Assembly (NCBI GenBank): GCA_963826115.1
Contig: CAWGVS010000005.1
Location: 480,001 to 544,000, forward strand
Reading direction: 5' to 3'
From: an uncultured Candidatus Rokubacteria bacterium
GTDB lineage: Bacteria > Methylomirabilota > Methylomirabilia > Rokubacteriales > DASRDR01
Length of the DNA: 64,000 nucleotides
The position numbers and the translations under genes are program-made. This document shows, one piece after another, positions 1 through 9,726 of this stretch (the stretch's first letter is position 1; the number at the start of each line of letters is the position of its first letter). The notes below the pieces were generated by a model. The model saw nothing but the letters and a program-made list of their open reading frames with translations, made no database searches and had not been told where the DNA came from.

Positions 1-2
1 TC

Positions 3-764
3 CTCTTCGAGGGCCGCGACCTGGCGCCGCTCTCCGAGCGGGAGCTGGAGCACGTTCGCGGCCACGGCATCGTCATGGTGTTCCAGGACCCCATGACCGC
101 GCTCAACCCGGTGCTGAGCGTCGAGCGGCAGGTCGTCGAGGCCCTGCCCACTGGCCGGGGCCAGGAGTCGTCTCGCGCCCGGGCGGTGGGGTTACTCCGC
201 CACGTCGGCATCCCGGATCCGGAGCGCCGGCTCGCCGCCTACCCCCACGAGCTCTCGGGCGGTCAGCGCCAGCGGGTGATGCTCGCCATCGCGCTGGCGC
301 GGCAGCCGAAGCTCCTCCTGGCCGACGAGCCCACGACCGCGCTGGACGTGACGATCCAGGCCCAGATCCTGCGGCTGCTCGTGACACTCCAGCGGGAGCT
401 CGGCATGGCGCTGATCCTGGTCACCCACGACCTGGGGGTCGTCTACCAGGCCGCCGACCGGGTGGCGGTGATGTATGCGGGGGAGATCGTGGAGCTCGCG
501 ACGGCCGCGGACCTGTTCGCCCGGCCGAGCCACCCGTACACGATCGGGCTCATCCGGTCCGTGCCGAGCCTCGATCGCCAGCGCCGCCTGGTGCCGATCC
601 CGGGAACACCGCCCGATCTCGCCGCCATCGGCCAGGGGTGTCCGTTCGCGCCGCGCTGCGCGTGGGTGGCTCCCGAGTGTCTCACCGGTGACGTGCCGCT
701 CGTGGCCGTGGGTGCCGACCACTTCAGCCGATGCCTTCGCGTCGACCATCTGAGCTCGCCCTGA
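3..764 (+). CDS. Oligopeptide/dipeptide ABC transporter ATP-binding protein (OppD/DppD type), 5'-truncated by window edge
   Basis: Frame open from the window start (LFEGRDL...MVFQDP); LSGGQRQR signature, [12 protein letters not shown] Walker B, HPYT motif, C-terminal CPFAPRC oligo_HPY domain. Confidence 0.95.
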   Translation, partial: LFEGRDLAPLSERELEHVRGHGIVMVFQDPMTALNPVLSVERQVVEALPTGRGQESSRARAVGLLRHVGIPDPERRLAAYPHELSGGQRQRVMLAIALARQPKLLLADEPTTALDVTIQAQILRLLVTLQRELGMALILVTHDLGVVYQAADRVAVMYAGEIVELATAADLFARPSHPYTIGLIRSVPSLDRQRRLVPIPGTPPDLAAIGQGCPFAPRCAWVAPECLTGDVPLVAVGADHFSRCLRVDHLSSP

Positions 765-778
765 CCGGGCCTGGGGGG

Positions 779-1822
779 ATGGGCGAGGCGGCGCCGTCCA
801 GGCCCCTGCTGGAGGTGCGGGGCCTGGTCAAGCATTTTCCCCTGGCGCACACCCTACTGGACGTCCTCCTGCGCCGGACGCCCGAACACGTGCGCGCTGT
901 CGATGGCGTGTCGTTCACCCTTGACCGCGGGCGAACCCTCGGCCTGGTCGGGGAGTCCGGGTGCGGCAAGAGCACGCTCGGGCGGTGCCTCCTACGGCTC
1001 CACGACGCCGACCGGGGCGCGGTGCTGTTCGACGACGTCGACCTGATGAAGCTCACCGAGAGCGAGCTCGCGCCCTACCGCAAGCGGATACAGGTCGTGT
1101 TCCAGGACCCGTACGCGTCGCTGAACCCGCGCCAGCGGGTCGATCGGATGCTCCGGGAGGTGCTCGACGTCCACGAGATCGGCCCGCCCTCGGCGCGACC
1201 GCGGCGGATCGACGAGCTGCTCGTCCAGGTGGGGCTGAGCCCCGCCGACGGCCACAAGTATCCGGGCGAGTTCTCGGGCGGCCAGCGCCAGCGCGTCGGC
1301 ATCGCGCGGGCCCTCGCCGTCGAGCCGGAGCTCCTGATCGCCGACGAGCCCCTGTCGGCGCTCGACGTCTCGATCCAGGCCCAGATCCTCCAGCTCCTCC
1401 TCGACCTGCGCGCGTCGCTCGGGCTGACGATGATCTTCATCTCGCACGACCTGCGGGTCGTCCGGTACCTGAGCGACGAGGTCGCCGTGATGTACCTGGG
1501 CACGATCGTGGAGCACGCGCCGACCGTCGAGCTCTTCGCCCGGCCCCAGCACCCGTACACGATGGCGCTCCTGTCGGCGGTGCCGGAGGTGGGCGGCGTC
1601 CGGCGGGAGCCGGCGCCGATCGAAGGCGAGCCGCCGAGCGCCGTGCGGATCCCGTCGGGGTGCCGGTTCCATCCGCGATGCCCGATCCGCGTGGCGCGGT
1701 GCGACGCGGAGTCGCCCGCGCTGGCGCCGCTCCAGCCCGGCCATCTCGTGGCGTGCCACGTCGCGGCGGAGCGCGCGGGGGTGCCGGCGGTCGCCGGAAG
1801 GGGAGACGCGACGAGAGCTTGA
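779..1822 (+). CDS. Oligopeptide/dipeptide ABC transporter ATP-binding protein (OppF/DppF type)
   Basis: GESGCGKS Walker A, FSGGQRQR, IADEPLSALD, HPYT, CRFHPRC; ATG at 779. Confidence 0.95.
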   Translation: MGEAAPSRPLLEVRGLVKHFPLAHTLLDVLLRRTPEHVRAVDGVSFTLDRGRTLGLVGESGCGKSTLGRCLLRLHDADRGAVLFDDVDLMKLTESELAPYRKRIQVVFQDPYASLNPRQRVDRMLREVLDVHEIGPPSARPRRIDELLVQVGLSPADGHKYPGEFSGGQRQRVGIARALAVEPELLIADEPLSALDVSIQAQILQLLLDLRASLGLTMIFISHDLRVVRYLSDEVAVMYLGTIVEHAPTVELFARPQHPYTMALLSAVPEVGGVRREPAPIEGEPPSAVRIPSGCRFHPRCPIRVARCDAESPALAPLQPGHLVACHVAAERAGVPAVAGRGDATRA

Positions 1823-1869
1823 CACCGCGTCCGCGCCCTACCCAAGATGCCTCCAACCAGGAGGAGAGG

Positions 1870-3366
1870 ATGCCTACGCTCGACCCCGAAGAGCTCGCGC
1901 AGCTCCTGCCCGCCGAGACGGCGGCCTTCCCGTCGCCCATCCCGACCCAGTTCGTATCCAGCGACGAGTTCATGCCGCTGCCCCAGACCCGGAGGCAGCG
2001 AGAGGTCGAGGCCCGCATCCAGGAGCTTGGCGACTCGCTCGCGAAGCGCCAGGGCCTGAGCCGCCGCCGGTTCTTCCAGACCGCCGCGGGCATGGCCGCG
2101 GCGTTCGTCGCGATGAACGAGGTCTACGGCTCCGTGTTCGGGGTCAGCCCGGCCGAGGCCCAGACGCCGGAGATGGCCGACGCGCGCGCCAAGGCGCTGG
2201 CCGACCAGTTCATCATGGACATGCACACCCACTTCCTGCGCGACGACACGCGGCTCGAGGGATTCGTCCGGTCGCGGGAGGCGGTGGGCAAGGCCGGGTG
2301 GAACCCGGCGCTGGCGGGGAAGCCGCAGACCATCGAGGACCTCAAGTTCGCCAACTACTTCAAGGAGATCTACTTCGACAGCGACACGAAGGTGGCGCTG
2401 ATCTCGGGGTCGGGCTCCGAGGAGCCGCGTGACTGGTTCCTCACCAACGAGATGAAGGCCGACGCCCGCGGTCGGGTGAACCGGCTCACCGGGTCGAAGC
2501 GGCTCATGTCCCACGCGATCTTCATGCCGGGCATGCCGGGGTGGCTCGAGTCGGTGGACCGGGCGATCGCGGAGCTCAAGCCGGATTCCTTCAAGGGCTA
2601 CACGGTCGGCGACAACACGAACAAGCAGCTCTCCCGGCACCCGTGGCGGATGGACGACGAGAAGCTCCTCTACCCCTTCTACGAGCGGCTCGCCAAGGCC
2701 GGGCTGGTCAACGTGTGCGTCCACAAGGGGCTCTATCCCCCGTCGACGACCAAGCAGTTCCCGAACCTCCTCGAGTACGCGGACGTCCGCGACGTCGGCA
2801 AGGCGGCCAAGGACTGGCCCCAGCTCAACTTCGTGATCTACCACTCGGCGTTCCGCTTCACCGGCGGCGCGCAGGGGGACGCGTGGGCGCAGTTCGAGCA
2901 GACGGGGCGCATCGACTGGGTGACGGACCTGGCCGACATCCCCGCGAAATACGGCGTGAGCAACGTCTACGGGGACCTGGGCCAGATCTTCGCCCAGAGC
3001 ACGGTCTCGGAGCCCCGCCTCTGCGCCGCGATGATGGGGCAGCTCGTGAAGGGGCTCGGCGCGGACCACGTGGTGTGGGGCACCGACGCGATCTGGACCG
3101 GCTCGCCCCAGTGGCAGATCGAGGCGCTCCGCCGCCTGGAGATCCCCGAGGACATGCAGCGGAAGCACGGCTTCGCGCCGCTCGGCCCGGCCGACGGTCC
3201 CGTGAAGCGCGCGATCTTCGGCGAGAACTCCGCCAAGCTGTACGCGTACGATCGGCGTGCGGAGCTCGCGACCGACCGCATCGCGGTGGCCCGGGCGACG
3301 TACGAGCGCGAGGGGCCCGGCCGGACGAACCTCCGGTACGGTTACGTCACGCCGCCGGTCGGGTGA
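1870..3366 (+). CDS. Amidohydrolase family protein (Amidohydro_2-like) with internal RRxF twin-arginine-like segment
   Basis: RBS GAGGAG before ATG 1870; DMHTH metal motif, CVHKG, IYHS, WGTD; SRRRFFQTAAG segment. Confidence 0.85.
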   Translation: MPTLDPEELAQLLPAETAAFPSPIPTQFVSSDEFMPLPQTRRQREVEARIQELGDSLAKRQGLSRRRFFQTAAGMAAAFVAMNEVYGSVFGVSPAEAQTPEMADARAKALADQFIMDMHTHFLRDDTRLEGFVRSREAVGKAGWNPALAGKPQTIEDLKFANYFKEIYFDSDTKVALISGSGSEEPRDWFLTNEMKADARGRVNRLTGSKRLMSHAIFMPGMPGWLESVDRAIAELKPDSFKGYTVGDNTNKQLSRHPWRMDDEKLLYPFYERLAKAGLVNVCVHKGLYPPSTTKQFPNLLEYADVRDVGKAAKDWPQLNFVIYHSAFRFTGGAQGDAWAQFEQTGRIDWVTDLADIPAKYGVSNVYGDLGQIFAQSTVSEPRLCAAMMGQLVKGLGADHVVWGTDAIWTGSPQWQIEALRRLEIPEDMQRKHGFAPLGPADGPVKRAIFGENSAKLYAYDRRAELATDRIAVARATYEREGPGRTNLRYGYVTPPVG

Positions 3367-3399
3367 TCGGGAGGCGACGCGCTCGCCGGAGGGCGCGGC

Positions 3400-3864
3400 C
3401 TAGAGCGCGGCGATCGCGGGTGTACCGCGCGGGCTCTCGGGCAGCCGGAGCGCGTCCACGAGGTCCGTCAGCTCGCGGAGGCTGATCGGCTTCCCGAGGA
3501 TTCCCGTGACGTCGAGCGCCAGCGCCTCGTGGCCCGGGGTGGGGTCCTCGTCGGCGCTCAGCACGATGACGGCGATGCTGGGCCGGTACGCGCGGGCGAT
3601 CCGAACGACGTCCCAGCCTCCGAGGTCGACGCCGTGCACCGACGGGAGGTCGAGGTCGACCACGGCGATGTCGAACGACTGCGCACGCAGCGCGACGATC
3701 GCCTGCCACGCGTCGGTGGCGGAATCCACGGCGTGACCTTCGCGGCGAAGCGCCGCGCTCAGGCCCTCCCGGCTCGGGTGGTCGTCGTCCACGACGAGGA
3801 TGCGGCGCGCCAGCCGCCCCGCGGCGGTCGCCTCTGTCGAGCTCGCGGTCATTGTCCTGGCCAT
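3400..3864 (-). CDS. Single-domain response regulator (receiver)
   Basis: ILVVDDD, VVDLDLP phospho-Asp, LSA, KP motif; RBS GAGGAG. Confidence 0.85.
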   Translation of the reverse strand: MARTMTASSTEATAAGRLARRILVVDDDHPSREGLSAALRREGHAVDSATDAWQAIVALRAQSFDIAVVDLDLPSVHGVDLGGWDVVRIARAYRPSIAVIVLSADEDPTPGHEALALDVTGILGKPISLRELTDLVDALRLPESPRGTPAIAAL

Positions 3865-3892
3865 GGGTGGGGATCTCCTCGTGAATGGTCCA

Positions 3893-3908
3893 GGCAACCG
3901 TCGTGCCA
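3893..3908 (-). promoter_or_regulatory. Sigma54 -24/-12 promoter
   Basis: TGGCACGACGGTTGCC on the minus strand matches TGGCACG-N4-TTGC with exact GG-N10-GC spacing, 28 nt upstream of the response regulator ATG. Confidence 0.8.
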
Positions 3909-4043
3909 GGCGGGTGGGCTCCGCAAGGCCGCGCCATTCCGATCGCTTCTCCCGGCATTCCCCGGTCGTCCGGGCCGGTAACGCTTACCCGACGGAAGAG
4001 GCGGCGGTGTAAGGTCTACACGCCCCGACCGAGCGGCCCGTCA

Positions 4044-4072
4044 TTGACACGTCGAGCGGCGCGGGCTACAAG
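4044..4072 (+). promoter_or_regulatory. Sigma70-like promoter for murQ-anmK
   Basis: TTGACA-17 bp-TACAAG just upstream of GTG 4083. Confidence 0.5.
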
Positions 4073-4082
4073 GAGACCCGTC

Positions 4083-5030
4083 GTGTCGCCTCTCCGTCGC
4101 CGCACGATTCCCGGTCGCTCGCCACGCTACGCGACCCTCCCCACCGAGCGGGTGAACCCGCGCCTCCGGACGCTCGATCGTCTCCCCACGGAGGACCTCG
4201 TGCGCACGATCACGCGCGAGGACGGCCGGGCGGCCGCCAGCGTGTCGCGGGTCCGGCGCCCGCTCGCGCGGGCCGTCGACCTCGTGGCCCGCTCGCTCGG
4301 GTCGGGCGGGCGCCTCGTGTACGCGGGCGCGGGGACCAGCGGACGCCTCGGCGTCCTGGACGCCTCGGAATGCCCGCCGACGTTCGGCGTGTCACCCGGA
4401 CGGGTGGTCGGCGTGATCGCCGGCGGCCGCCGCGCGCTGTGGCGGGCGGTCGAGGGCGCCGAGGACCGCGGGGCGGACGCGCGCCGGGCGCTCCGCCGCC
4501 TCCGGGTGGGCCCGCGCGACGTCGTCTGCGGCATCTGCGCGAGCGGGGTGACGCCGTTCGCCCTGGCGGCGCTGGAGGAGGCGCGGCGCCGCGGGGCGCG
4601 GACCGTCGCGGTCACCTGCGCCCCATCGGCCGCGCTGCGTGCCCTCGCCGACGTCGTCGTCGCTCCGCAGCCGGGCCCCGAGGTCCTCGCCGGCTCGACA
4701 CGGATGAAAGCGGGGCTTGCGACCAAGATGGTGCTCCACACGCTGACGACGGCGGCGATGGTGAGGCTCGGTAAGGTCTACGGCAACCTCATGGTGGATC
4801 TCCGGCCCTCGAGCCGGAAGCTGCGCGCCCGGGCGCTCCGCATCATCGGGGAGCTCACGGGGCTCCCGCCGGTCGCCGCGCGGGCCCTGGCCCGGCGGGC
4901 GGGCGGGCGGCCCAGCGTGGCCCTGGTCATGCACCGGCTCGGGCTTGACGCCGCCCGGGCCCGGCGCCGGCTCGCGGCCCACGGCGACAACCTTCGCGCG
5001 GCGCTCGGGGAGGCTTCCGATGAGCGATGA
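4083..5030 (+). CDS. murQ: N-acetylmuramic acid 6-phosphate etherase
   Basis: TERVNP, GAGTSGRLGVLDASECPPTF, GPEVLAGSTRMKAG, VYGNLMVD. Confidence 0.95.
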   Translation: MSPLRRRTIPGRSPRYATLPTERVNPRLRTLDRLPTEDLVRTITREDGRAAASVSRVRRPLARAVDLVARSLGSGGRLVYAGAGTSGRLGVLDASECPPTFGVSPGRVVGVIAGGRRALWRAVEGAEDRGADARRALRRLRVGPRDVVCGICASGVTPFALAALEEARRRGARTVAVTCAPSAALRALADVVVAPQPGPEVLAGSTRMKAGLATKMVLHTLTTAAMVRLGKVYGNLMVDLRPSSRKLRARALRIIGELTGLPPVAARALARRAGGRPSVALVMHRLGLDAARARRRLAAHGDNLRAALGEASDER

Positions 5031-6183
5031 CCCGCTGGCGCGCCTCCTCGCGCTCCGGTCCGTGAGCCCGCGCCGCGTGGTCGGCCTCATCTCGGGCACG
5101 AGCGCCGATGGGATCGACGCTGCGCTCGTCGAGATCGAGGGCGCCGGGGAGACCACGCGGGCGCGGCTCCTCGGCTTCCGAAGCCGGCCATTCGCACCGG
5201 AGCTCCGCGTCCGGATCCTCGGGCTCAAGGACGCGCGGGCGGACGAGCTCCTGCGGGTCCACTACCAGCTGGGCGAGGAGTTCGCCGAGGCGGCTCTCGA
5301 GATGATGGCAGAGGCGCGGCGCGACGGCCTGCCGGTGCATCTGATCGGATCGCACGGCCAGACCGCGCGGCACCATCCGCGGGCGGAAGGTCGAGGCGGC
5401 CGCGCGGAGACGCTCCAGATCGCCGAGCCTTCGATCATCGCGGAGCGCACCGGGCGCCCCGTGGTGGCGGACTTCCGTCCGGCGGACATCGCCGCCGGCG
5501 GCGAGGGGGCCCCGCTCGTGCCCCTGGTGGACTGGCTCCTGTTTCGACGCCCCGGGGCCACGCGGGCCTGCCTCAACATGGGCGGCATCTCGAACGTCAC
5601 GGTCGTGACCGACCGGCTCGACGGCGTGCGGGCCTTCGACCTCGGGCCGGCGAACATGCCCCTCGACCTCGTCGTCCATGCCTGGACCGGAGAGACCTAC
5701 GACCGGGACGGCGGGCGCGCCGCCGCCGGGCGGGTCGACGAGGCTCTCGTGGCCGAGCTACTCCGGCACCCGTACTTCGAGCTGTCGCCGCCGAAGTCGA
5801 CCGGTCGCGAGGCGTTCGGTGACGTCTTTGTGCGGCCGCTCCTCGCCCGCTACGCGGGGCGCGAGGGCGACCTCCTGGCCACCCTGACCCGGTTCGTCGC
5901 GGAGTCCGTCGCGGCCGGCATCCACCGGTGGATCCGCGAGCCCGTCGCGGAGGTGCTGGTCTCGGGCGGCGGCGCGAGGAATTCCACCCTCATGGCGGCG
6001 CTCGGGCGGGCGCTCGCGCCGGTTCCCGTGCGGTCACTCGCCGAGGTTGGCCTCGACCCCGACGCGAAGGAGGCGGTGGCGTTCGCAGTCCTTGCGAACG
6101 AGACGCTTTTCGGTCGTCCGGGCAACGTGCCGGGCGCGACCGGCGCTGCCGGCCCTCGCGTGCTGGGGAAGCTGGTCCTCTGA
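5020..6183 (+). CDS. anmK: Anhydro-N-acetylmuramic acid kinase
   Basis: GLISGTSADGID, GSHGQT, DFRPADIAAGGEGAPLVP, PKSTGRE, KEAVAFA; overlaps murQ. Confidence 0.95.
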   Translation: MSDDPLARLLALRSVSPRRVVGLISGTSADGIDAALVEIEGAGETTRARLLGFRSRPFAPELRVRILGLKDARADELLRVHYQLGEEFAEAALEMMAEARRDGLPVHLIGSHGQTARHHPRAEGRGGRAETLQIAEPSIIAERTGRPVVADFRPADIAAGGEGAPLVPLVDWLLFRRPGATRACLNMGGISNVTVVTDRLDGVRAFDLGPANMPLDLVVHAWTGETYDRDGGRAAAGRVDEALVAELLRHPYFELSPPKSTGREAFGDVFVRPLLARYAGREGDLLATLTRFVAESVAAGIHRWIREPVAEVLVSGGGARNSTLMAALGRALAPVPVRSLAEVGLDPDAKEAVAFAVLANETLFGRPGNVPGATGAAGPRVLGKLVL

Positions 6184-6208
6184 CCGGGGCGGGCCCCGCG
6201 CCGGGGCG

Positions 6209-6586
6209 CTAGAGTCCCGGGAAGAGCGGCGGCTGCTCCGGGCCAGTGCGCGGCCGCGCCGCGCGCCGGGCCGGCGGGGCCTTTTCCCGTGGGGCGGCGG
6301 CCAGCCGGCGGCGCCCCGCCTTGGCCCTCGCCGCGGGCGACCATCCCTTCTGCCGCGCGATCTTCTCTCCCTGCTTGATGACGAGCATGTCGACGATGCG
6401 CGCCAGCGGATGGTGGATCAGGGTCAGGTACTTGAGCCAGTACCGCGGCGTGAACGCGAGCGTCCGCATCTCGTCGAGGGCGAGCGCGAGGGCCGTGCGG
6501 TCTCCCTTGCGCGAGGCGATACGGAGGTTTTCGAGGACGCGCGTCTGGCTCGTCGTGCGGCGGCCTCGCGAGCCTTCCGAGCTCAC
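6209..6586 (-). CDS. Hypothetical basic protein (125 aa)
   Basis: Protein-like core (RYWLKYLTLIHHPLARIVDMLVIKQGEKIA) filling the intergenic gap. Confidence 0.6.
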   Translation of the reverse strand: MSSEGSRGRRTTSQTRVLENLRIASRKGDRTALALALDEMRTLAFTPRYWLKYLTLIHHPLARIVDMLVIKQGEKIARQKGWSPAARAKAGRRRLAAAPREKAPPARRAARPRTGPEQPPLFPGL

Positions 6587-6632
6587 CGCGCGGCTCCGCC
6601 GGGGTCGACCGGCCGGGCCGAGCCTCGGGCGC

Positions 6633-6827
6633 TCACGACCGCTCCCGTCGCGAGCCGTGGTAGATGCGCCAGCCCGCGGGGATGACGAGGCCGAGCGCGG
6701 CCGCCGTTCCGATCACCTGCTTCCAGCCGAAGCCCGGAAAGGCACCGAGGCCAAGCAGGTCGGCCGTGAGCGAGACGACGCCCAGCAGCGTTCCGGCGAC
6801 GAGGACGGTCCAGTCGCGCCCGAGCAT
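6633..6827 (-). CDS. Small two-helix membrane protein (64 aa)
   Basis: MLGRDWTVLVAGTLL...GFGWKQVIG; two hydrophobic segments; TACAAT -10 located 11 nt upstream. Confidence 0.65.
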   Translation of the reverse strand: MLGRDWTVLVAGTLLGVVSLTADLLGLGAFPGFGWKQVIGTAAALGLVIPAGWRIYHGSRRERS

Positions 6828-7006
6828 TCCGCGGGCGGATTGTAGCACGCGACGCCGTGGCCGCCCGGACGCCCCGACGGTTTGGCCGGTCGCGGCCGCC
6901 GTTGTAGACTGGCCGCGATCGCGCGCCGGAATGGCGCGCCCGGCGCGTCCGTCCGGTGGCGGTGCACGCATGAGCGCGGCGAGAGCACCGCGCAGGGGAT
7001 CGAGAC

Positions 7007-7912
7007 ATGAAGGCCATCGCGTTCATCGGGCTGGGCAACATGGGGCTCCCCATGGTGGCGAACCTGATCAAGGCGGGTCACCGGGTCCACGCCGCGGACG
7101 TCCGGCGGGAGGCCGTCGAGGCGGCGGTCGGCCACGGGGCGCTCGCCGCGGGGTCCGCCGCGGAGGCCGCCGGGCGGGCCGAGGTGGTCGTCACGATGGT
7201 GCCGAACTCGCCCGAGGTGGAGGCGGCCTATCTCGGACCCGGCGGCGTCCTCGAGGGCGCGCGATCCGGTCAGATTGCGATCGACATGAGCACGATCGAC
7301 CCCGCGACGACCCGGAAGGTCGGGACCCGGCTCGAGGCCAAGGGCGTGCGGATGCTGGACGCGCCGGTCTCCGGCGGGGTGCCGGGCGCGGTGGCGGGGA
7401 CGCTGACGATCATGGTCGGCGGGGACCCGGCGGTCTTCGCCGAGGCGCGGCCCATCCTCGGCGCCATGGGCAAGAACGTCGTCCACGTCGGGCCGCTCGG
7501 TTCGGGCGAGGTGGCCAAGATCTGCAACAACCTCCTCGCCGGCGTCAACATGATCGCGGCCGCCGAGGCGTTCACGATCGGCATCCGGGCCGGCGTGGAC
7601 CCCAAGGTCCTGCACGATGTCATCCGGACGAGCTCGGGCAACTGCTGGGCGCTCGAGCACAACTGCCCGGTGCCAGGCCTCGTGCCCAAGGCGGCGTCCA
7701 ACCGCGACTTCGCGGCGGGCTTCATGACGGACCTGATGGCCAAGGACCTGTCCCTGGCTCGGGCGGCAGCGCGCGACCTCGGGGTTCCGTGCTTCACGGG
7801 CGCCCTGGCCCACGATCTCTACATGCTGGCCAGCCGGCACGGTCTGGGGCGGAAGGATTTCTCCTCGGTCATCCAGCTCCTGACGGCCTCCGAGGATCCG
7901 GGCAACGGGTGA
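7007..7912 (+). CDS. mmsB: 3-hydroxyisobutyrate dehydrogenase family
   Basis: FIGLGNMG, DAPVSGG, AKICNN, SSGNCW...NCPVPG, GFMTDLMAKDL. Confidence 0.85.
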   Translation: MKAIAFIGLGNMGLPMVANLIKAGHRVHAADVRREAVEAAVGHGALAAGSAAEAAGRAEVVVTMVPNSPEVEAAYLGPGGVLEGARSGQIAIDMSTIDPATTRKVGTRLEAKGVRMLDAPVSGGVPGAVAGTLTIMVGGDPAVFAEARPILGAMGKNVVHVGPLGSGEVAKICNNLLAGVNMIAAAEAFTIGIRAGVDPKVLHDVIRTSSGNCWALEHNCPVPGLVPKAASNRDFAAGFMTDLMAKDLSLARAAARDLGVPCFTGALAHDLYMLASRHGLGRKDFSSVIQLLTASEDPGNG

Positions 7913-7934
7913 CACGGCGGTTCCCACGGTGGGG

Positions 7935-7971
7935 TGGCCGCGTCCTTGCATCCCCCGGCATCTCGCTTGCA
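7935..7971 (+). promoter_or_regulatory. Two tandem sigma54-like -24/-12 motifs
   Basis: TGGCCGCGTCCTTGCA (7935-7950) and CGGCATCTCGCTTGCA (7956-7971), each GG-N10-GC, starts 21 bp apart. Confidence 0.6.
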
Positions 7972-8007
7972 TCTTAAGGAGCGAGGACACTGGAGGGAGG
8001 ACGACCG

Positions 8008-8484
8008 ATGGACACCACGCGTCGAATCCCGTCGCTCTCGGTCCTGTCCACCGCAGGGTTGCTGGCGATCACGCTCTGGACGAGCCCTGCCGGAGCACAG
8101 ACCCCGCCGGCGCCCGGGACGAATCCCGAGCCCGGCGCCACCGGCGGATCGCCGGGGGTAGGGGTCTCGGTCACCCCGCCGGCGGCCGCGCGTCCCTCGA
8201 GCTTCATCTTCGAGTGGTCTCTTCCGCCGGAGGAGAAGAGTCCCCCCAACGACTACGGGGAGCGGACCCGGACGATCTTCCAGCCGGCGTTCGTCAACGG
8301 TGCGTCGAGGACGACGCGGACCTCCCGGACGTCCGGGATCCGTTACGGCCTGAGCGGGTGGACCGCGCCGCGGATCCCGTTCGACGACCGTGATTCCAGC
8401 GGATTTCCGGCGATCGGACTCACCATCGAGTGGGGCGTCCCGATGGAGCCGCCGGCCGAGCCGGCCACACCCGGTCAGCGCTGA
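8008..8484 (+). CDS. Hypothetical secreted protein
   Basis: Strong RBS GGAGG; signal peptide ending AGA-Q; Pro-rich linker. Confidence 0.7.
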   Translation: MDTTRRIPSLSVLSTAGLLAITLWTSPAGAQTPPAPGTNPEPGATGGSPGVGVSVTPPAAARPSSFIFEWSLPPEEKSPPNDYGERTRTIFQPAFVNGASRTTRTSRTSGIRYGLSGWTAPRIPFDDRDSSGFPAIGLTIEWGVPMEPPAEPATPGQR

Positions 8485-8496
8485 CCGCGGTCGCGG

Positions 8497-8739
8497 TCAG
8501 CCCTTGGCGAGCTTCTCGACCTCCCGCTTGGGGAGGGGCTCGATGCGCGCCAGGAGCAGCTTCACTCGGCGCTCGGAGGTGTGATCGGCGAGGATCAGCC
8601 GTCTAGACTTCGTGCCATTGGCGATGAAGGCCACCCAGTCGTCCAGGTTGGGCGTGCCTCGCCACTGAATGACCAGGCCGCTCGCCTTGAGCTTCTTTCG
8701 CCCTTCGACCTTCGCCAGGGGCTTTCGCGGAACGTCCAT
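8497..8739 (-). CDS. Hypothetical Lys/Arg-rich protein (80 aa)
   Basis: RBS GGAGG, ATG start, protein-like composition unlike the shadow ORFs. Confidence 0.7.
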   Translation of the reverse strand: MDVPRKPLAKVEGRKKLKASGLVIQWRGTPNLDDWVAFIANGTKSRRLILADHTSERRVKLLLARIEPLPKREVEKLAKG

Positions 8740-9045
8740 GCGCGCCTCCGGACCTCGAATCTAGCAAATGAAAGAATGCGTACCGTCCAGTGAATGTCCC
8801 CCACAATCGTCGCGCGTCGTATCCGTGTCAAGGGTTTGTTTCGCCAATGCTCATGCGCTCACGCGTTGACGGATCGTTCGAGCTCGGGTATTCATCGGTC
8901 GATCGGAGACCTCGGTCTCTCGCGCATCGATCTGTCGCGGCTGTCGGCGCTGCCGGTAGCGTGGAGCCGCGCCAGACGCGGCGGTTTCCCATCGGTGGAT
9001 GACGGTGGATAAGTGGATAACTGCGCGCGCCGGGGGGAGGATCGC

Positions 9046-9670
9046 TCAGGCGCCGGCGCAACCGTCGGCGCCGACCGATCGGAGGAGCAGCGCCGACAAC
9101 GTGGGCGCAGCGTCGGCGAGCGCGGGCAGCACGCCCTCGAGCGACTCCAAGACGACCTCGTTCAGCGCCCCCAGCCACGCATGGGCGGCGACCCCGGTGT
9201 CGACCGGCGGGATGCTGCCGTCGGCGACCGCCTCGCCGAGGCGGTGGCGGATCAGCGCGGCGAACCGGCCGAGCACCTCGCGGCGCTTCGTCGCGTAGAC
9301 GGGTCCCAGGCTGGCCGCCTCGATGAGCACGATACGTGCGAGCGCGCGGTGGCGACCGAAGATGGGTAGCACGGCGGCCTCGCCGCGCGGCACGCCGGCC
9401 CGATGGCCCGCGATCGGCGCCGACACCTCTGCGGCCAGCTCGGCCGCGAACTCGTCGACCAGCGCCGAAAAGAGCGGAAGCTTCCCGGGGAAGTGGAAGT
9501 AGAGCGCCCCGTTGGACACGCCGGTGGCGTCGGCAATCGCGTCCATGCGCGCCGCGTGGTACCCTTCGCGGGCGAAGACCTCCAGGGCGGCCGAGCGGAC
9601 CCGCCGCCCCCGTGCCGGTCTTCGTCTCGTCCCGCCGCGATGGGCGCCGCCCGACCTCGCGGCCGCTCAC
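9046..9670 (-). pseudogene. TetR/AcrR family regulator, apparently frameshifted near 9607-9611
   Basis: AALEVFAREGYHAARMDAIADATGVSNGALYFHFPGK is a TetR HTH; helix 1 has no in-frame start; GTG 9670 joins the frame if one G is removed from a G5 run. Confidence 0.65.
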
Positions 9671-9726
9671 GGCCCACCCCCCGGCCGGCTCCGCGGACGA
9701 GCGACCCGGGGGCCAGGGAGGCGCGG

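Noticed and set aside
961-1869. Apparent long N-terminal extensions or fusions in the ORF track (also 11687-13597, 14683, 15570, 21986, 32388, 61591)
   Set aside because: The extensions overlap neighbouring genes in another frame. Downstream starts with an RBS or stop-start coupling fit the family N-termini.
8740-9045. Replication origin
   Set aside because: Only imperfect DnaA-like boxes, no clear AT-rich unwinding element, and no dnaA/dnaN/gidA context.
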